NCBI GenBank assembly: GCA_023205875.1
Contig: CP060766.1
Span: 310,001 to 374,000 of the forward strand
Direction: 5' to 3'
Source: Chloropicon primus
Lineage: Eukaryota
Length of the DNA: 64,000 bases
In this document: positions 63,801 to 64,000 of the stretch, one piece after another
How positions within the stretch are numbered: the stretch's first letter is position 1
Layout: the number at the start of each line of letters is the position of its first letter
Program-made: the position numbers and the translations under genes
Notes under the pieces: model-generated
What the model was told of the DNA's origin: nothing
Databases searched by the model: none
What the model saw: the letters and a program-made list of their open reading frames with translations, nothing else

Positions 63801-64000
63801 TCTCAAGACTCGGTTCGAGAGGAGCAGTCCTCCGCTCTCCAAAGGATGTCAAAGGCTCTCGCTTCAGCATCCGAGCAGCTTTTGATCCGGCAGAGGGAGA
63901 AGGAGCTGGTGGAGTTCGAGCTCTCTGACGCCAAAGGCCACGTGGCCCACTTGGAGAAAACATCTTTGAAGCTCGAGCAAGACATCCAGCAGGAGGTCGC
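60876..64000 (+). CDS. Sfi1-like Trp-repeat + Kelch propeller + coiled-coil protein (3' end outside window)
   Basis: Frame from ATG 60876 appears open to the window edge. Periodic basic helices ending in W (CFRFWR, SVSHWR, AVEGWR, AFLSWA, VLRGWS, SFGAWL, CFAVWR), then six Kelch blades (LIFGG, IVFGG, ILFGG, LVFGG, VVCGG, LLFGG). Confidence 0.85.
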   Translation, partial: MVGVQGGGGGGGGVAQATPGPRLLPAKVKLEVEKNRTIVFLDSRVKELTRKLALSHEDLIRYEKENLDLKHEQRELSYRLPLKYAHVKRKAANYLVELNRIKRNLGVVTPCFRFWRVVTRENKRRLHIASFVLGRRRQSVLKGSVSHWREAVRRNKRVQQWREARVKARAVEGWRAVVSGERVLEAKLKNFREEHAPFYSGLHAGRALEWWRSWAARKKALRARVDQLTAKHGRLALSRAFLSWATRSRENKAREGKWNKFLARQRCVKVLRGWSAQVAASRIAELLEHKSDCFRTRRALSIAMLVWSETAKRERSLGRKMARFRVKMVARTQGRALALWRSLAARSEWRERVVLRVMSRAEKRILASSFGAWLRKCGQRARVHSFTLGVRGNLTKSCFAVWRELRERMAFSKLVAQEKCRQGRWRIKLKLFSRWRIQVLSCSRNLLIRKLETFEEGLAEVVAPRAASPIKASRRAQAQAARLTETSFGRNAKVSSLVDSHQWHRFNKGCLIRRASHAAVFVGKSGIAQTSGKYLIFGGHDLDTRQNVFTIVSVNVHLGEGGELRFQADVDFEADTSIDGPCPRSDHCMCELDSSSVIVFGGFDGTKELGDVYQVRWSNEDFPEIHCRRLVSHLESPLRRSHHTVCRHVSKAGNSVKFILFGGYSKKNGGLMNDLWSFDHKDNSWTELDATGEAPCPRRDHCSVIINSSEMLVFGGFNGSENVNDCHTLNLQTMRWSKVVFEGEVPGPRRQHTVVQVDKDNVVVCGGFDGSRVLQDIYVLNVGTLQSHPMGALFEGGRCLHSCASLGGSLLLFGGVTNAGEAENDLLLLEHLGSSSTAHLRSRVKSLESRVAELERDLDSEVAHKNEIVVHQAREKTRNNFLENSLKASIQQQKEGLQSYRLMKDKLAANRKEEQILRQSCKDLKRLLDEKRRELVSTRKVASSSEKTLKRHYEEKVAETNHLLQQIAEAQIRLNSQDSVREEQSSALQRMSKALASASEQLLIRQREKELVEFELSDAKGHVAHLEKTSLKLEQDIQQEV

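Overview
Gene-dense, GC-rich eukaryotic DNA with short GT-AG introns (about 65-150 nt). Plant-type genes (BIO3-BIO1 fusion, thylakoid lumen protein, plastid front-end desaturase, bHLH-ACT) point to a compact green picoalga, Chloropicon/prasinophyte-like (inference). The window holds about 27 protein genes. The standout is an IS607-derived Fanzor2 (eukaryotic TnpB) RNA-guided nuclease locus at about 32.9-35.4 kb (minus strand). It has an intact RuvC triad and zinc finger, NLS-rich N-terminal repeats, a possible serine-recombinase fossil in an overlapping frame, and a structured omegaRNA-like 3' end. A second, 5'-truncated copy at 49.63-50.04 kb keeps a structurally conserved but re-written scaffold next to a (CA)n/(GA)n guide. 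In the full copy, a canonical-looking 123-nt spliceosomal intron starts exactly at the scaffold/guide junction, so splicing could switch the guide. Also notable: a tandem pair of secreted curlin-like/beta-solenoid repeat proteins with an Arg-rich C-terminal block, a 28-50 bp motif recurring upstream of many genes, and several about 180-bp tandem duplications. A single-base frameshift in Vps34 suggests that indel errors may be present in the assembly.
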